DNA of 64,000 bases, taken from the NCBI GenBank assembly GCA_963825315.1, contig CAWGST010000003.1, positions 7,743 through 71,742 of the forward strand, in the 5' to 3' direction. Shown here piece by piece: positions 21,599 to 32,307 of the stretch. Position numbers and translations under genes: made by a program. The notes under the pieces are model-generated. The model was not told the origin of the DNA. It saw only the letters and a list, made by a program, of their open reading frames with translations, and did not search any database. The stretch is from an uncultured Verrucomicrobiae bacterium (GTDB taxonomy: Bacteria > Verrucomicrobiota > Verrucomicrobiia > Limisphaerales > Palsa-1400). Each line of letters starts with the position of its first letter. Position 1 is the stretch's first letter.

Positions 21599-22816
21599 TT
21601 AAAATCCATGATCTTTATCTTTGGACTTTGATCCCTCATCATGGCCTCCACCCGGCCGCGCGTGGTCTATTCCAGCGCCACGGGCATGTTCGACTTCCCG
21701 CGCATGGGCGATGTGGGCATCGTGAAATTCGATCCTTTCCGCGCGCACCTCATGATGAGTCAAAAGGCCGATGCGGTCACGGCCAATCCCGTCAAACACA
21801 AACCGGCCGCCGACAAAGCCGTAGTGATTGGCCAGGATGCTGCCCCTGAACAGCAGAGGCACCCGCCAGAGCGGCGCCCGAAATGCCAGATAATCGCGCG
21901 CCCAGAAATGATCGAAGGGAATAAAGACAAACAGGTCGGGGGCAAGACCGAAGTCCACGTCCGCAGCCAGGCGGCCGTTCCACATCAAACCGACTCCCGC
22001 TTCGAAGCGCGCGCCGGGCGGCAGCGGAGCCCAGCCACAAAAGCCTTCCCCTTCGGCATGGCGCCAGCAAACCCAGGCCGGACCCCAATTATACCCAGGC
22101 ACCCAAACCCAGCCCAGGCGAATGTCCCGCATCCAGCGGCCATAGTGAAATGTATATTCGCCCCAAGGATAATCGGACTGCCAGGACCAGCCGTCGTCCG
22201 TGTAAACCCAGTGCCCCGCGTTGAAATAAGGACGCCAATCAGGCACAGTCGCCTGCACGGACGGGACCCAACAGGGGCCTTCGCCCGGAACATCAACCCA
22301 TGTGCCGTAGGGCGCCAATTGGGCTTGGAAATAACTCAAATTAACGTCCGATGCGGGCGGCGGGACCGTTGGCGCGGGCGTTACAACCGGGGCCGGATAG
22401 GGGGAAACTTGGGTCGGATATGGGGAAACCGGGGCCGAATATGTGACAACCGGGGCCGGATTTACCGGGGGCGCGGGAGTAGCCGGCGTCGTCACGGGAA
22501 CGGGAGCGGCGCTGGACTTGGCTTGCAACAAGGCCGAGATGACCGGTTGCGAAACCCCCTGGGTATTGAGATAAAGAATGTCATCCGCGCTCAGGTTGTA
22601 GGATGCGCCGGAGTTTCTGATGTAAGCCAAAATCACATCATCGCTCATTTTCGCCTGCGTCAGTTTCACAACCTCCTGCAGTTGCGGAGACTGATTGGCC
22701 GGGGCCGGCTGGGCGTGGCCCAGGGTGCCCCCGTTCCAGCACAGCCAGCCGATGGCCAGCACGGCCAGGGCTGAAAGAAGTTTCAATTTGCGATCAGACA
22801 GTTCATTCGTATTCAT
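21599..22816 (-). CDS. Secreted Trp-rich repeat protein with Pro-rich linker (DUF6600-like)
   Basis: Begins MNTNELSDRKLKLLSALAVLAIGWLC, followed by a PAP-rich linker, then GTWVDVPGEGPCWVP...GWSWQSDYPWGEYTFHYGRW...GWVWVPGYNWGPAWVCWR. The family name is recalled from memory only. Confidence 0.6.
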   Translation of the reverse strand: MNTNELSDRKLKLLSALAVLAIGWLCWNGGTLGHAQPAPANQSPQLQEVVKLTQAKMSDDVILAYIRNSGASYNLSADDILYLNTQGVSQPVISALLQAKSSAAPVPVTTPATPAPPVNPAPVVTYSAPVSPYPTQVSPYPAPVVTPAPTVPPPASDVNLSYFQAQLAPYGTWVDVPGEGPCWVPSVQATVPDWRPYFNAGHWVYTDDGWSWQSDYPWGEYTFHYGRWMRDIRLGWVWVPGYNWGPAWVCWRHAEGEGFCGWAPLPPGARFEAGVGLMWNGRLAADVDFGLAPDLFVFIPFDHFWARDYLAFRAPLWRVPLLFRGSILANHYGFVGGRFVFDGIGRDRIGLLTHHEVRAERIEFHDAHIAHAREVEHARGAGIDHARPGGGHDEGSKSKDKDHGF

Positions 22817-23022
22817 ATCATTGTCAGGTTTGAGACCCTTTTCGGCGTCTCGTTCAAATTCATTCCATTGACCCATACGGCGCGCCGCCTGGAATCTTGC
22901 AATCTTAATCGCCTTCGTGCAAGCCGGGAATCCCTGAAAAAAAAGCGAAAAAAAGCGCGCCATGACGAATAAAAAGGAAAGGGTTTCGTCTAATGATTAG
23001 CCGAAGTGAACCATAAGATTAT

Positions 23023-24090
23023 ATGCAGCAGTCCAAGCTCAAAAAATCATGCTCCCAATGCGAACCTTTCGCTTCGCCGCTGCTGCTGTTGGCGCTGGGG
23101 ATGATCTGCAACGCCGCGTTCGGAGCGCCTCCGGTCATTTTTACGTTGCCCGCCAATGCCAGCGGCGCGGAAATCCAAAAGGCGCTGGACGCCTTGCCGC
23201 CCGACGGCGAAGTCCTTCTCAGCGCCGGAACCTATGAAATCTCCCAGCCGCTGCTGTTGCAGCACGATTATGAGACTTTGCGCGGCCGCGGACCGGCCAC
23301 CCTCCTGCATCTGGCCGACGGGGCCGATTGCCCGGTGGTGATTCTGGGGCCGCCCATGACCAAAACCAGGCCTCCGGCGGCGCATCTGCGCCTGGCGGAC
23401 CTGCGGATTGACGGAAACCGGAAGAACCAGAAGCTGGAGCTGTGGCGAACGGCCGGCGACGGCTCCGAGTTCAATAACAATGGCGTGCAAATTTGGAACG
23501 TGACCGATGCGGCGGTTGAACATGTGGTCTGTTGCCATTGCCGTTCCGGAGGCCTGGTCGCCGCCAGCGTCCGCCGCCTTCAAGTGAACGATCTCGACTC
23601 CTATGACAATCAATTCGACGGACTGGCATGTTACCAGACCGAAGAAAGCCGCTTCGACGGCCTGCGCCTGCATGACAATCTGGGGGCGGGCCTGTCATTG
23701 GACCTCGCTTTCAACCATAATTTCATCACCAACGCGGTGTTGGCGGGCAACGATCTGGGTATTTTCATGCGCCACTCCCGGAATAATTCGTTTCAAAGGC
23801 TGACCATTTCCAAGAGTCATCATCACGGAGTTTTCATGGCCCAAGCCGCTGCTCACACCGCCAAGGGCTGGCAGCTCTGTCCCGACACCCAATGCATCGG
23901 CAACAATTTTCAAAGCCTGTCCGTCAATGATTGCGGCGGGAAGGCCTTTCTCGTCAACGACGCCTCCTGCACCAACAACGCCATCTTTGGGGCGAGTTTC
24001 CTGCGCAACATCCTGGGTGGCTTGGGCCAGCCCGCCACCAATCCCGTCAGCTTTCAGGCCGTGGCCGAACTTAGCCATCCGGGAAATTAA
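23023..24090 (+). CDS. Secreted right-handed parallel beta-helix repeat protein
   Basis: Signal peptide, then repeated hydrophobic/Asn-Gly turn units (NNNGVQIWNVTDAAVEHV, NDLDSYDNQFDGLACYQ, HDNLGAGLSLD, AGNDLGIFMRHS, ISKSHHHGVFM). Confidence 0.65.
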   Translation: MQQSKLKKSCSQCEPFASPLLLLALGMICNAAFGAPPVIFTLPANASGAEIQKALDALPPDGEVLLSAGTYEISQPLLLQHDYETLRGRGPATLLHLADGADCPVVILGPPMTKTRPPAAHLRLADLRIDGNRKNQKLELWRTAGDGSEFNNNGVQIWNVTDAAVEHVVCCHCRSGGLVAASVRRLQVNDLDSYDNQFDGLACYQTEESRFDGLRLHDNLGAGLSLDLAFNHNFITNAVLAGNDLGIFMRHSRNNSFQRLTISKSHHHGVFMAQAAAHTAKGWQLCPDTQCIGNNFQSLSVNDCGGKAFLVNDASCTNNAIFGASFLRNILGGLGQPATNPVSFQAVAELSHPGN

Positions 24091-24188
24091 GAATCAAGAA
24101 GGCAGAATTAAGAAGTCGTGCCTGAGCCGCCTTGGCGTCAGCGGATGCCTTTTCCGATTTCTTAATTCTGCCTTCTTCATTCTTACTT
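24085..24188. terminator. 31-bp-arm inverted repeat (AATTAAGAATCAAGAAGGCAGAATTAAGAAG / complement) between convergent genes
   Basis: The arms at 24085-24115 and 24159-24188 are complementary except for about 3 positions, with a 43-nt loop. The repeat lies between the stops at 24090 (+) and 24238 (-). Confidence 0.45.
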
Positions 24189-24237
24189 AATAAGCAGGCT
24201 CCGGTTATCCGACTTCGCAAGGCTATCACGATCGCCA

Positions 24238-25083
24238 TCAGTAGAACCAGTAATGCCCAGCGAAGTATTGTGTTTCAATCGCCTTCGGCGGATTCATCAC
24301 GACATGGCCATCGGCGAAACTCAAATTTACTCCGGTGAGATGTCCGTTAAAATAATGCGCCATTGAGACCGTCGCTCCATTAATCACCGGCGGATTCGTG
24401 AAAAAGGAAGGAGTTAAGTTTGTGTTGATGGGCAAATTGTCATAGAGGAGATCGCTTATGAATGGAACATGAGAGACGCTTGTATCGCTGATCTTGTACG
24501 GCCATCCATAGATTCCGGCGACGGTCTGGTTTGTACCGGCCGCTTGATACTTGGCGTTGGCGCAATCAAAGTTTGGGTAGGTGCCGCTGGAGGTCTCACC
24601 GCCTGGGCGCTTAACCCAATAATTGTGATTCAACTTGTCTTCATCAGGGTAAGCACTGTTCGGAAGGAAATTTTCGAGGTCCTGGATGGTGATTAGCGGG
24701 CGGCCGTACATCTTTTGGAATGCCGCGTTCGCGTTCTGATAATCCAAGGGACGAACCGGGCAGAACCACATTGGAACCGTCAGGCCAAAAGGCGCCAGAT
24801 CGGGGACCATGTTCGTATTGGCGTCCCAAGGCCATCCTCCGTAGCCAATGGCGCCAAATCCGGGCAGAAACGAATTAAAATTGTTGGCATAAAGATTGGC
24901 GACCATCCCCCATTGTCTGAAGTTGGCAGTGCAGTTGGTGACCAGGGATTGGTATTTTGATTTGGCTACGGTGGGCAGCAGGATGGCCGCCAGAATGGCG
25001 CTGATGGCGATCACGACCAGCAGTTCGATCATGGTGAATGCCCGGTGGATGGCGCCTGCTAAATCAGATTGTTTTCGTGCCAT
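24238..25083 (-). CDS. Prepilin-type N-terminal cleavage/methylation domain protein with DUF1559-like C-terminus
   Basis: MARKQSDLAGAIHRAFTMIELLVVIAISAILAAILLP...NLSFADGHVVM. I prefer the start at 25083 over the ORF-track start at 25179. Confidence 0.8.
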   Translation of the reverse strand: MARKQSDLAGAIHRAFTMIELLVVIAISAILAAILLPTVAKSKYQSLVTNCTANFRQWGMVANLYANNFNSFLPGFGAIGYGGWPWDANTNMVPDLAPFGLTVPMWFCPVRPLDYQNANAAFQKMYGRPLITIQDLENFLPNSAYPDEDKLNHNYWVKRPGGETSSGTYPNFDCANAKYQAAGTNQTVAGIYGWPYKISDTSVSHVPFISDLLYDNLPINTNLTPSFFTNPPVINGATVSMAHYFNGHLTGVNLSFADGHVVMNPPKAIETQYFAGHYWFY

Positions 25084-26009
25084 GCCGCGAGCATGCCGCG
25101 CCCCGCCCGCTTTGTCAACCACCAAAATGACACAGATTTTAAGTTTGACGCCGGCCCGGCCCTCAGCTAGTATGGGCAAAACTCACCAAGAAATGAGAGC
25201 GATCATCAGCCAATTCTCTATTTTTGATCGTATGAAAAGAACATGGCCCGTCCTTTTGGTTTTGCTGCTATTGGCCGCACCGGCAGCGGTGCAAGCCCAA
25301 TCAGGATCAGGTAATAATTACAATTACAGCATAAATGCCAGCAATACGAACACCATCACCATCACCGGATACATCGGGTCTAGCAATGCTGTGACCATTC
25401 CGACCAACATCAACAACCTGCTGGTCACCGGTATTGGGAATGGTCTGTTCGCTGTCTTTGGCTCCTGGGTTACCAGTGTCACAATTCCCGGCAGCGTCAC
25501 CAGCATTGGGGCGGCTGCGTTTGATTTCTGCACTAGGCTGACCAGCGTCACGATTCCCGGCAGCGTCGCCAGCATCGGGGCGGGTGCGTTTGGTTTCTGC
25601 ACCAGCCTGACCAGCATCACGATCTCCAACGGCGTTGCTAGCATCGGAGGCGCGGCATTCGAAAATTGCACCAACCTGACCAGCGTCACGATTCCCGGCA
25701 GCGTCACCAGCATCGGAGGCGCGGCATTCGAAAATTGCACCAACCTGACCAGCGTCATGATCAGCAACGCCGTCACCGGCATCGGGGATTATGCGTTCGA
25801 TAACTGCACCAGGCTGACCAGCGTCTATTTTGGGGGTAACGTTCCCACTATTGGTTTGGATGCATTCCAAGGGGACCCCGTGACGTTTCATTATCTGGCG
25901 AGTCCACCAGCGTCAGGGGGTGGTTACGAATACTGGATAAACACCGACAATCCGAACACCATTACCATCATCGCTTACACCGGCCCCGGGGGCGCTGTGG
26001 CCATTCCTA

Positions 26010-27170
26010 TATATCCGCGCATAAATAATTCGACATATTGGCGGGCCGCATGATATGCTGCGGGCAATATGCGACCTGTTTTTGCCCGAGGCAATTCACG
26101 CACCGCCCAGTTGTTGCTGCAACTGCGCAAGGAAGCGATCAAGGACCAGGAGCCCCGCGTGGCTCAACGTTTTCACGCCATCGCCTTGAGTGTCGAAGGC
26201 TACACCACCACCCAGATTGCGCAGTCCCTCAAGGTGCATCGCTCCTCCGTTCCGTTGTGGATTGAGCAATGGAACCACCAACGGGAAGTGGGGCTGCTGG
26301 AAGGCCATCGCAGTGGCCGGCCTTCCGGTTTGACCCGTGCGCAGCAAGAGCAGTTGCAGGACATCTTGGATAGCGGGCCAGTGGCCTACGGCTTGGAGAC
26401 GGGCCTCTGGACCTCGCCGGTGATCAGCGGCGTCATCGCGGAGGAGTTTGACCTGCATTACCATCCGGGCCACGTCCGCAAGATGCTCAGGCGTTTGGGC
26501 TATTCGGTGCAGCGGCCGACCACACGGTTGGTGCAGGCTAATCCGGCGGAGAAAAACCGATGGGTTCGCTACACCTATCCCCGCCTTAAAAAAAAGCCTG
26601 GAGGGAAGGGGCGGTAATCGTCTTCGAGGATGAAGCCTCGTTCCGCCAGACGCCGACCTTGCACGCGACTTGGGCGCGGCGGGCCAGCCAGCCGCAAATT
26701 CCGACGCGGGGAGAGCGCCACACGCAGAAGATTTTCGGGGCGGTGCGTTTGGAGGACGCCCGGTTTGTTTATCTTCATCAACAGGAGTACTTCCAGTGGG
26801 AAACCTACGTGGGGTTTCTGGACCAGGTCCTGGTGCCCGCGTTTTATCGGCGTGGACACCGGGTGTTTCTGATTCAAGACAACGCCTCCTACCATAAAAA
26901 GCAGGAGACGTGGGATTGGTTTTCCCAAAACCGGCGTTATGTGGAGGTTTTTCCGTTGCCGCGCTACTGGCCCGAACTCAACGCCACCGAACGGATCTGG
27001 AACTACACGCGCAAACACGCCACTCACAACCGCTACTTTGAGAAGCCCCAAGACCTATGCCGGGCATTGTTCCGCACTTTCCGCCACGTCCAGCGGCAGC
27101 CGGAAGAAATTGAAAACCTGATGCGCCCCTTTTTTTGATCATGATGTCGAATTACTTATGCGCGGATATA
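26010..27170 (+). mobile_element. IS630-family insertion sequence (1,161 bp), unrelated in sequence to the copy at 2304-3303
   Basis: 27-bp terminal inverted repeats at 26010-26036 and 27144-27170 with 1 mismatch. TA duplication at 26008-26009 and 27171-27172. Confidence 0.9.
26069..27138 (+). CDS. IS630-family DDE transposase in two frames joined by a -1 shift on an A8 run (26588-26595)
   Basis: The upstream frame ends ...YTYPRLKK. The -1 frame continues KAWREGAVIVFEDEASFRQTPTLHATWA...FLIQDNASYHK...YWPELNATERIW. 1,070 + 1 nt gives 357 codons. Confidence 0.85.
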
Positions 27171-28818
27171 TAGCAGCATCAACGGCTTGACTGTCACCAG
27201 CATCGGGGATGGTGCGGATTCTGTCTTCGCCAACACCGGAGTGACCAGTGTCACGATCCCCGGCTGCGTCACCAGCATCGGAGGCGCGGCCTTCGAAAAC
27301 TGCGCCAGCCTGACCAGCGTCACGATTCCCGGCAGCGTCGCCAGAATCGGCGCGGCTGCGTTCGCCGGCTGCACCAGCCTGACCAGCGTCTATTTCGGGG
27401 GTTTCTCGGGCGCTGCCATCATTGGTTCGGCTGCGTTCTCTGAGGACCCCGTGACGTTATATTATTTGTCTGGAACAAATGGTGGTTTCGATTACAGCAT
27501 AAATGCCGGCAATACGAACACCGTCACCATCATCGCTTACACCGGGCCTGCCGGTACCGTGGCCATTCCAACCAACCTCAACGGCTTGATGGTCACCATC
27601 ATTGGGAATGGCCAGCTCCCTGTTTTCGCCGCCGCCACCCTGACCAACGTCACGATTCCCGCCAGCGTCACCACCATCGCGGAGTCTGCCTTCGAAGACT
27701 GCACCAACCTGACCAATGTCACGATTCCCGGCAGCGTCACTACGATCGGTGATTATGCGTTCGCAGACTGCACCGGGCTGACCAACGTCACGATCTCCGA
27801 CGGTGTCACCAGCATCGGATACGGCGTCTTCGAATCCTGCACCAGCCTGCCCGGCGTCATGATTCCCGCCAGCGTCACCAACATCGGGGAGGGGCCGTTC
27901 GCGTACTGCATCAACATGACAGACATCATGGTGGATCCGGAAAATCTCTTTTATAGCAGTACGAATGGAGTGTTGTTCGACTACAGTCTGGCCACGCTCA
28001 TTCAATATCCAGGAGGCATGGGCGGAAATTACACTATTCCCCTCACCGTCACCAGCATCGGAGACGATGCGTTCTCTCAATCCGGCCTGACCAGCGTCAC
28101 GATTCCGTCCGGCGTCACCAGCATCGGAACGTATGCCATCGCCTTCTGCGGCCTGACCAATGTCACGATTCCCGGCAGCGTCACCAACATCGGGACGAAT
28201 GCGTTCTATTACTGCGCCAACCTGACCAACGCCACCATCGCCAACGGCGTCACCAGCATCGAAGAAGGTGCGTTCGACGACACCGGCCTGACCGGCGTTA
28301 CGATTCCCGGCACCGTCACCGCCATTGGGGATGGGGCGCTTTATTACTGCGCCAACCTGACCAACGTTTTACTCACGGGCAACGCTCCCACCGTTGGTTT
28401 TGAGGCGTTCTTCGGTGACCCCGTAACGTTTTATTATTTGCCTGGCGCCAGCGGCTGGAGTCCATCTCCCGGTCTTCCGAATCCCGTGCTGTGGAACCCG
28501 CTGATCCTGGCTGGCAACGCCAGCTTTGGCGTGCAGAACAATCAATTTGGATTCAACATCACCAACGGCACAACCACTAATATCCCCATCGTGGTGGAAG
28601 CCTGCGCCAATCTGGCCAGCCCCGTCTGGACTCCGCTCCAGACCCTCACGCTCACCAACAGTTTCTATTTCAGCGATCCCCAGTGGACGAATTACCCCGG
28701 CCGCTACTACCGCATCAGCTCTCCCTGACTTGGGGAAATGGGCCTGCTTACCAGAACAACCTGCAAATTTTTTCATTTTTCGGTGGGAATTTGGGGGGAG
28801 GCGTGCGTATCCTGTCCC

Positions 28819-29298
28819 ATGCGAACCGCCATTTATCCCGGTAGTTTTGATCCGCTGACCAATGGACACTTGGATTTGGTCCAGCGCGCGGCCAAGCTTT
28901 TTGACCGTGTCATCGTCGCCGTGGCGCGGAATGACCGCAAAAAGGGGCTGTTCACATTGAAGGAGCGGCTGGCGCTGGTGCGGGTCGCAGTCGCCAATAT
29001 GCCGAAGGTGGAGGCGGCTTCGTTTGACGGGTTGCTGGTCAATTACGTGGAAAAACAGAAGGGCCAGGCCATTATCCGGGGCTTGCGGGCGGTGTCGGAT
29101 TTTGAATTTGAATTCCAACTGGCTTTGATGAATCGTAAATTGAACGAACGTGTGGAGACAATTTTTATGATGCCCAAGGCAAGTTACACCTTTCTCAGTT
29201 CCCGAATTGTCAAGGAGATCGCCGCCCTGGGCGGGAATGTGGATTGTTTTGTGCCGGAACATGTCCGGTTGGCGTTGGCGCGCAAATTGCGCAAATGA
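28819..29298 (+). CDS. coaD: Phosphopantetheine adenylyltransferase
   Basis: MRTAIYPGSFDPLTNGHLDLVQRA...IIRGLRAVSDFEFEFQLALMNR...SSRIVKEI matches the canonical CoaD motifs. Confidence 0.92.
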   Translation: MRTAIYPGSFDPLTNGHLDLVQRAAKLFDRVIVAVARNDRKKGLFTLKERLALVRVAVANMPKVEAASFDGLLVNYVEKQKGQAIIRGLRAVSDFEFEFQLALMNRKLNERVETIFMMPKASYTFLSSRIVKEIAALGGNVDCFVPEHVRLALARKLRK

Positions 29299-29340
29299 AC
29301 AGGAGCGGCCGAATGTTTCCTGCCCGGCCGCGTTACCATC

Positions 29341-29826
29341 ATGTCCTTGAAAGTTAACATCCGGCATTTGGAAGCGGGCGACGTTCTGTTGCGCGGAGAA
29401 CTGTCGGTGGCGGAGGCGGGCCTGGATTGCGCGGATGAATTGGTCCACGCCCGGCAGCCGGTGCGCTACGATTTGACCGCGCAAAAGTCGGGGCGGGACG
29501 TCCTGGTGCAGGGGAAGGTCGGGTTGGTGTTGGATTGCGAGTGCGCCCGGTGTCTTAAAGCCTTCCAGCAGCGGTTGGAATTGGGGCATTGGATGGCGCT
29601 GGTGCCCCTGGCAGGCCCGGAAAAGGCCGAGATTAAAGACGATTGCGTGGACTTGACGCCTTTCTTGCGGGAAGATATTCTCTTGGAGTTTCCGCAACAT
29701 CCGTTGTGTGAAGCCGATTGCGCCGGTCTGCCCAATCGGGCGGAGAAAAATGCCAGACAAACAAAAAGCGCCAGCCAGACGCCAGGTTCGCCTGTCTGGT
29801 CAGAATTGAATAAACTGAAGTTTTGA
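29341..29826 (+). CDS. yceD: YceD/DUF177 family protein
   Basis: 161 aa with the CxRCL...C motif (LDCECARCLKAF...HPLCEADCAG), in the conserved position upstream of rpmF. Confidence 0.75.
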   Translation: MSLKVNIRHLEAGDVLLRGELSVAEAGLDCADELVHARQPVRYDLTAQKSGRDVLVQGKVGLVLDCECARCLKAFQQRLELGHWMALVPLAGPEKAEIKDDCVDLTPFLREDILLEFPQHPLCEADCAGLPNRAEKNARQTKSASQTPGSPVWSELNKLKF

Positions 29827-29838
29827 AAGAGAAAAAGT

Positions 29839-30027
29839 ATGGGAGTACCCAAACGCAAGCCTTCGCACAGCCGTCAACGCATGCGGCGCGCCTACAATAG
29901 CAACTTGACCCTGCCGCAACTGAGCACCTGCCCGCAATGCGCCGCCCCTTATGTCCCTCACCGGGTCTGTCCCGCGTGCGGCTTTTACAAAGGGCGGCAG
30001 GTCATCACAGTCAAAGCGACGGCTTAG
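29839..30027 (+). CDS. rpmF: 50S ribosomal protein L32
   Basis: MGVPKRKPSHSRQRMRRA...CPQCAAPYVPHRVCPACGFYKGRQV. Confidence 0.92.
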   Translation: MGVPKRKPSHSRQRMRRAYNSNLTLPQLSTCPQCAAPYVPHRVCPACGFYKGRQVITVKATA

Positions 30028-30074
30028 AGCCTCTTGGGAGCGTGGAAGACTGGTTCTTTCGCGCTTTTTTGTTT

Positions 30075-31157
30075 ATGCGAATGGTTGTGGATGTGATGGG
30101 CGGGGATCACGGGCCGGGGGTGGTCATTGACGGCGCGCGCCTGGCCCTGCAATCCCACTCGTCCATCGAAGAGCTTTTTTTGGTGGGGCGGGAAGATGAA
30201 ATCCAGGCGGGGATGACCCGCGCCGGCCTGCGCGACCCGCGCGTGAAAATCGTTCATGCCAGCGAAACGTTGACCATGAACGACAAACCCGTGGAGGGAT
30301 TGCGCCGGAAAAAGGATTGCTCGATACTGCGCGCGGTGGATTTGCTCAAGGAAGGCAAAGCCGATGCGTTGATCTCGCCCGGCAACACCGGCGGCATAGT
30401 CGCGGCGAGCACCATCCGGCTCCGGCCGCTGGAAGGTCTGGACCGGCCGGGCATCGCCACGGTGATTCCCGCGCCGAAGAATGAGTTTGTCCTGCTGGAT
30501 GCCGGGGCCAGCGTGGAATGCCGACCCACTCATCTCTTGCATTATGCCATTATGGGGAGTATTTACTCGCGGGAAATCCTGGGCTGTAAAAGCCCGCGCG
30601 TGGGCATATTATGCAACGGCACCGAAGCCAACAAAGGCACCGAAATGACCCAGGAAGCCTTCAGGCTCTGCAAAATGGTTGACCTGAATTTTATCGGCAA
30701 CGTCGAAGGACACGATTTGTTTCATGATCGCGTCGATGTCGTGGTGTGCGACGGTTTTATCGGCAATATCGTGTTAAAGACCCTGGAAAGTTTTGCCAGG
30801 GGCTTGGCGGCGTGGCTCAAGGACGAAATCTCCAAAAATCCCAAACGGATGCTGGGCGCGTTGCTCGTCAAAGGCGCCTTGCGCTCCATCAAGCGCCGGA
30901 CGGACCCCGACACGCGGGGCGGAGCGCCGTTGCTCGGCCTCAACGGCATCATCTTCAAAGCACACGGCTCGGCCCGCGAACGGGCCATCATGAACGGCAT
31001 TGGCCAAGCCGTACAGGCGGTGGAACACCACATCACCGACATCATTCGCAGCGAAGCCGCCCAAGCCAACCAACGCGTGGCAGAAGCCAAGGCCCGCGAG
31101 GAAGCCCAATTAAAAGCCGGACAGGAACGCCTGGCGGCAGAAGCGGCCAAACCATGA
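30075..31157 (+). CDS. plsX: Phosphate acyltransferase PlsX
   Basis: MRMVVDVMGGDHGPGVVIDGA...SPGNTGGIVAAS...VCDGFIGNIVLKTLE...GAPLLGLNGIIFKAHGSA. Confidence 0.9.
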   Translation: MRMVVDVMGGDHGPGVVIDGARLALQSHSSIEELFLVGREDEIQAGMTRAGLRDPRVKIVHASETLTMNDKPVEGLRRKKDCSILRAVDLLKEGKADALISPGNTGGIVAASTIRLRPLEGLDRPGIATVIPAPKNEFVLLDAGASVECRPTHLLHYAIMGSIYSREILGCKSPRVGILCNGTEANKGTEMTQEAFRLCKMVDLNFIGNVEGHDLFHDRVDVVVCDGFIGNIVLKTLESFARGLAAWLKDEISKNPKRMLGALLVKGALRSIKRRTDPDTRGGAPLLGLNGIIFKAHGSARERAIMNGIGQAVQAVEHHITDIIRSEAAQANQRVAEAKAREEAQLKAGQERLAAEAAKP

Positions 31158-32191
31158 AATCATTGCCAAAAAAGTTTAACAACCCGCGCGCCAGTCACAA
31201 TTTCCAGGGCCGCACCTGCTCCATCCTGGCCGTCGGCTCCTATGTCCCCGAACGGGTGCTTTCCAACGCCGACTTCGCGCAAATCGTCAACACGTCCGAC
31301 GAATGGATCACAACCCGGACCGGGATCAAGGAGCGCCGCATCGCCTCCAAAAACGAATGCACGTCCGATCTGGCCGCCAAGGCGGCCTTGCGCGCCATGC
31401 AACGGGCCAGCCTCACCCCCGATCAAATAGACTTGATCGTGCTGGCCACCATTACGCCCGACATGCCGTTTCCATCCACGGCCTGCCTGGTCCAGGAAAA
31501 AATTGGCGCCCGTCGCGCCGTCGCCTTTGACATCCAGGCGGCCTGTTCGGGGTTCATTTTCGGATTGGAGGTCGGGCAGCAATTCATCATGTCGCGCACC
31601 TATGACACCGCCCTGGTCATCGGCGCCGAGAAACTTTCCTCCATCGTCAATTGGAAAGACCGCAACACCTGCGTCTTGTTCGGGGACGGCGCGGGCGCGG
31701 CGATTTTGCGCCATCGCCCTGCGGCCCACGGCCTGCTCACGGCCTGCATGGGGTCGGACGGGAGCCGGGCGGACCTGCTCTGCATGCCCGGAGGGGGTTC
31801 AAGCTGCCCGGCGACCCGCGAATCTCTGGCCGCTGGAATGCATTACTTGCACATGAAGGACGGCAAAGAAACATTCAAGAGCGCCATCACCGCCATGTAC
31901 TCGGCGGCAAAGGAAGTATTGCGGCGCTGCGAACTGGATATTACACAAATTAAATGCGTCATTCCCCATCAGGCCAACCGCCGCATTATTGACGCGGTGG
32001 CCGAACGGCTGGGGGCTAGGCCGGACCAACTCTTTGTCAACCTCCACAAATACGGCAACACCTCCGCCGCATCCGTGGCCATAGCGCTGGACGACGCCGT
32101 GCAAAGCGGCCGGATTCAGCGGGGCGACCTGGTTTTGCTGATCGTCTTCGGCGCCGGCCTGACTTGGGGCGCGGCAGTGATCGAATGGTAA
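31154..32191 (+). CDS. fabH: 3-oxoacyl-ACP synthase III
   Basis: ...VNTSDEWITTRTGIKERRIA...FDIQAACSGFIFGL...VIPHQANRRII...KYGNTSAASVAIALD.... Confidence 0.92.
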   Translation: MKSLPKKFNNPRASHNFQGRTCSILAVGSYVPERVLSNADFAQIVNTSDEWITTRTGIKERRIASKNECTSDLAAKAALRAMQRASLTPDQIDLIVLATITPDMPFPSTACLVQEKIGARRAVAFDIQAACSGFIFGLEVGQQFIMSRTYDTALVIGAEKLSSIVNWKDRNTCVLFGDGAGAAILRHRPAAHGLLTACMGSDGSRADLLCMPGGGSSCPATRESLAAGMHYLHMKDGKETFKSAITAMYSAAKEVLRRCELDITQIKCVIPHQANRRIIDAVAERLGARPDQLFVNLHKYGNTSAASVAIALDDAVQSGRIQRGDLVLLIVFGAGLTWGAAVIEW

Positions 32192-32307
32192 TTGGGTGGC
32201 CCGCAGGCGGGGCAGGCAGAGGAAGGATGTGGCTAAAACCCGCGATTACAAATAAGCTGGTTTTCTCCATTTGACGCCCTCCCAATCGGTGTTAGATTAC
32301 CTTAACT

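Larger units (their letters stand above)
25232..28728 (+). pseudogene. BspA-type leucine-rich-repeat (LRR_5) surface protein, interrupted by IS630 (fragments 25232-26009 and 27173-28728)
   Basis: Signal MKRTWPVLLVLLLLAAPAAVQAQ. About 23-aa repeats VTIPGSVTSIGxxAFxxCTxLTS occur on both sides of the element. Excising 26010-27172 gives an in-frame 2,334-nt ORF (...GGAVAIPSSINGLTVTSIGDGA...). Confidence 0.85.
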
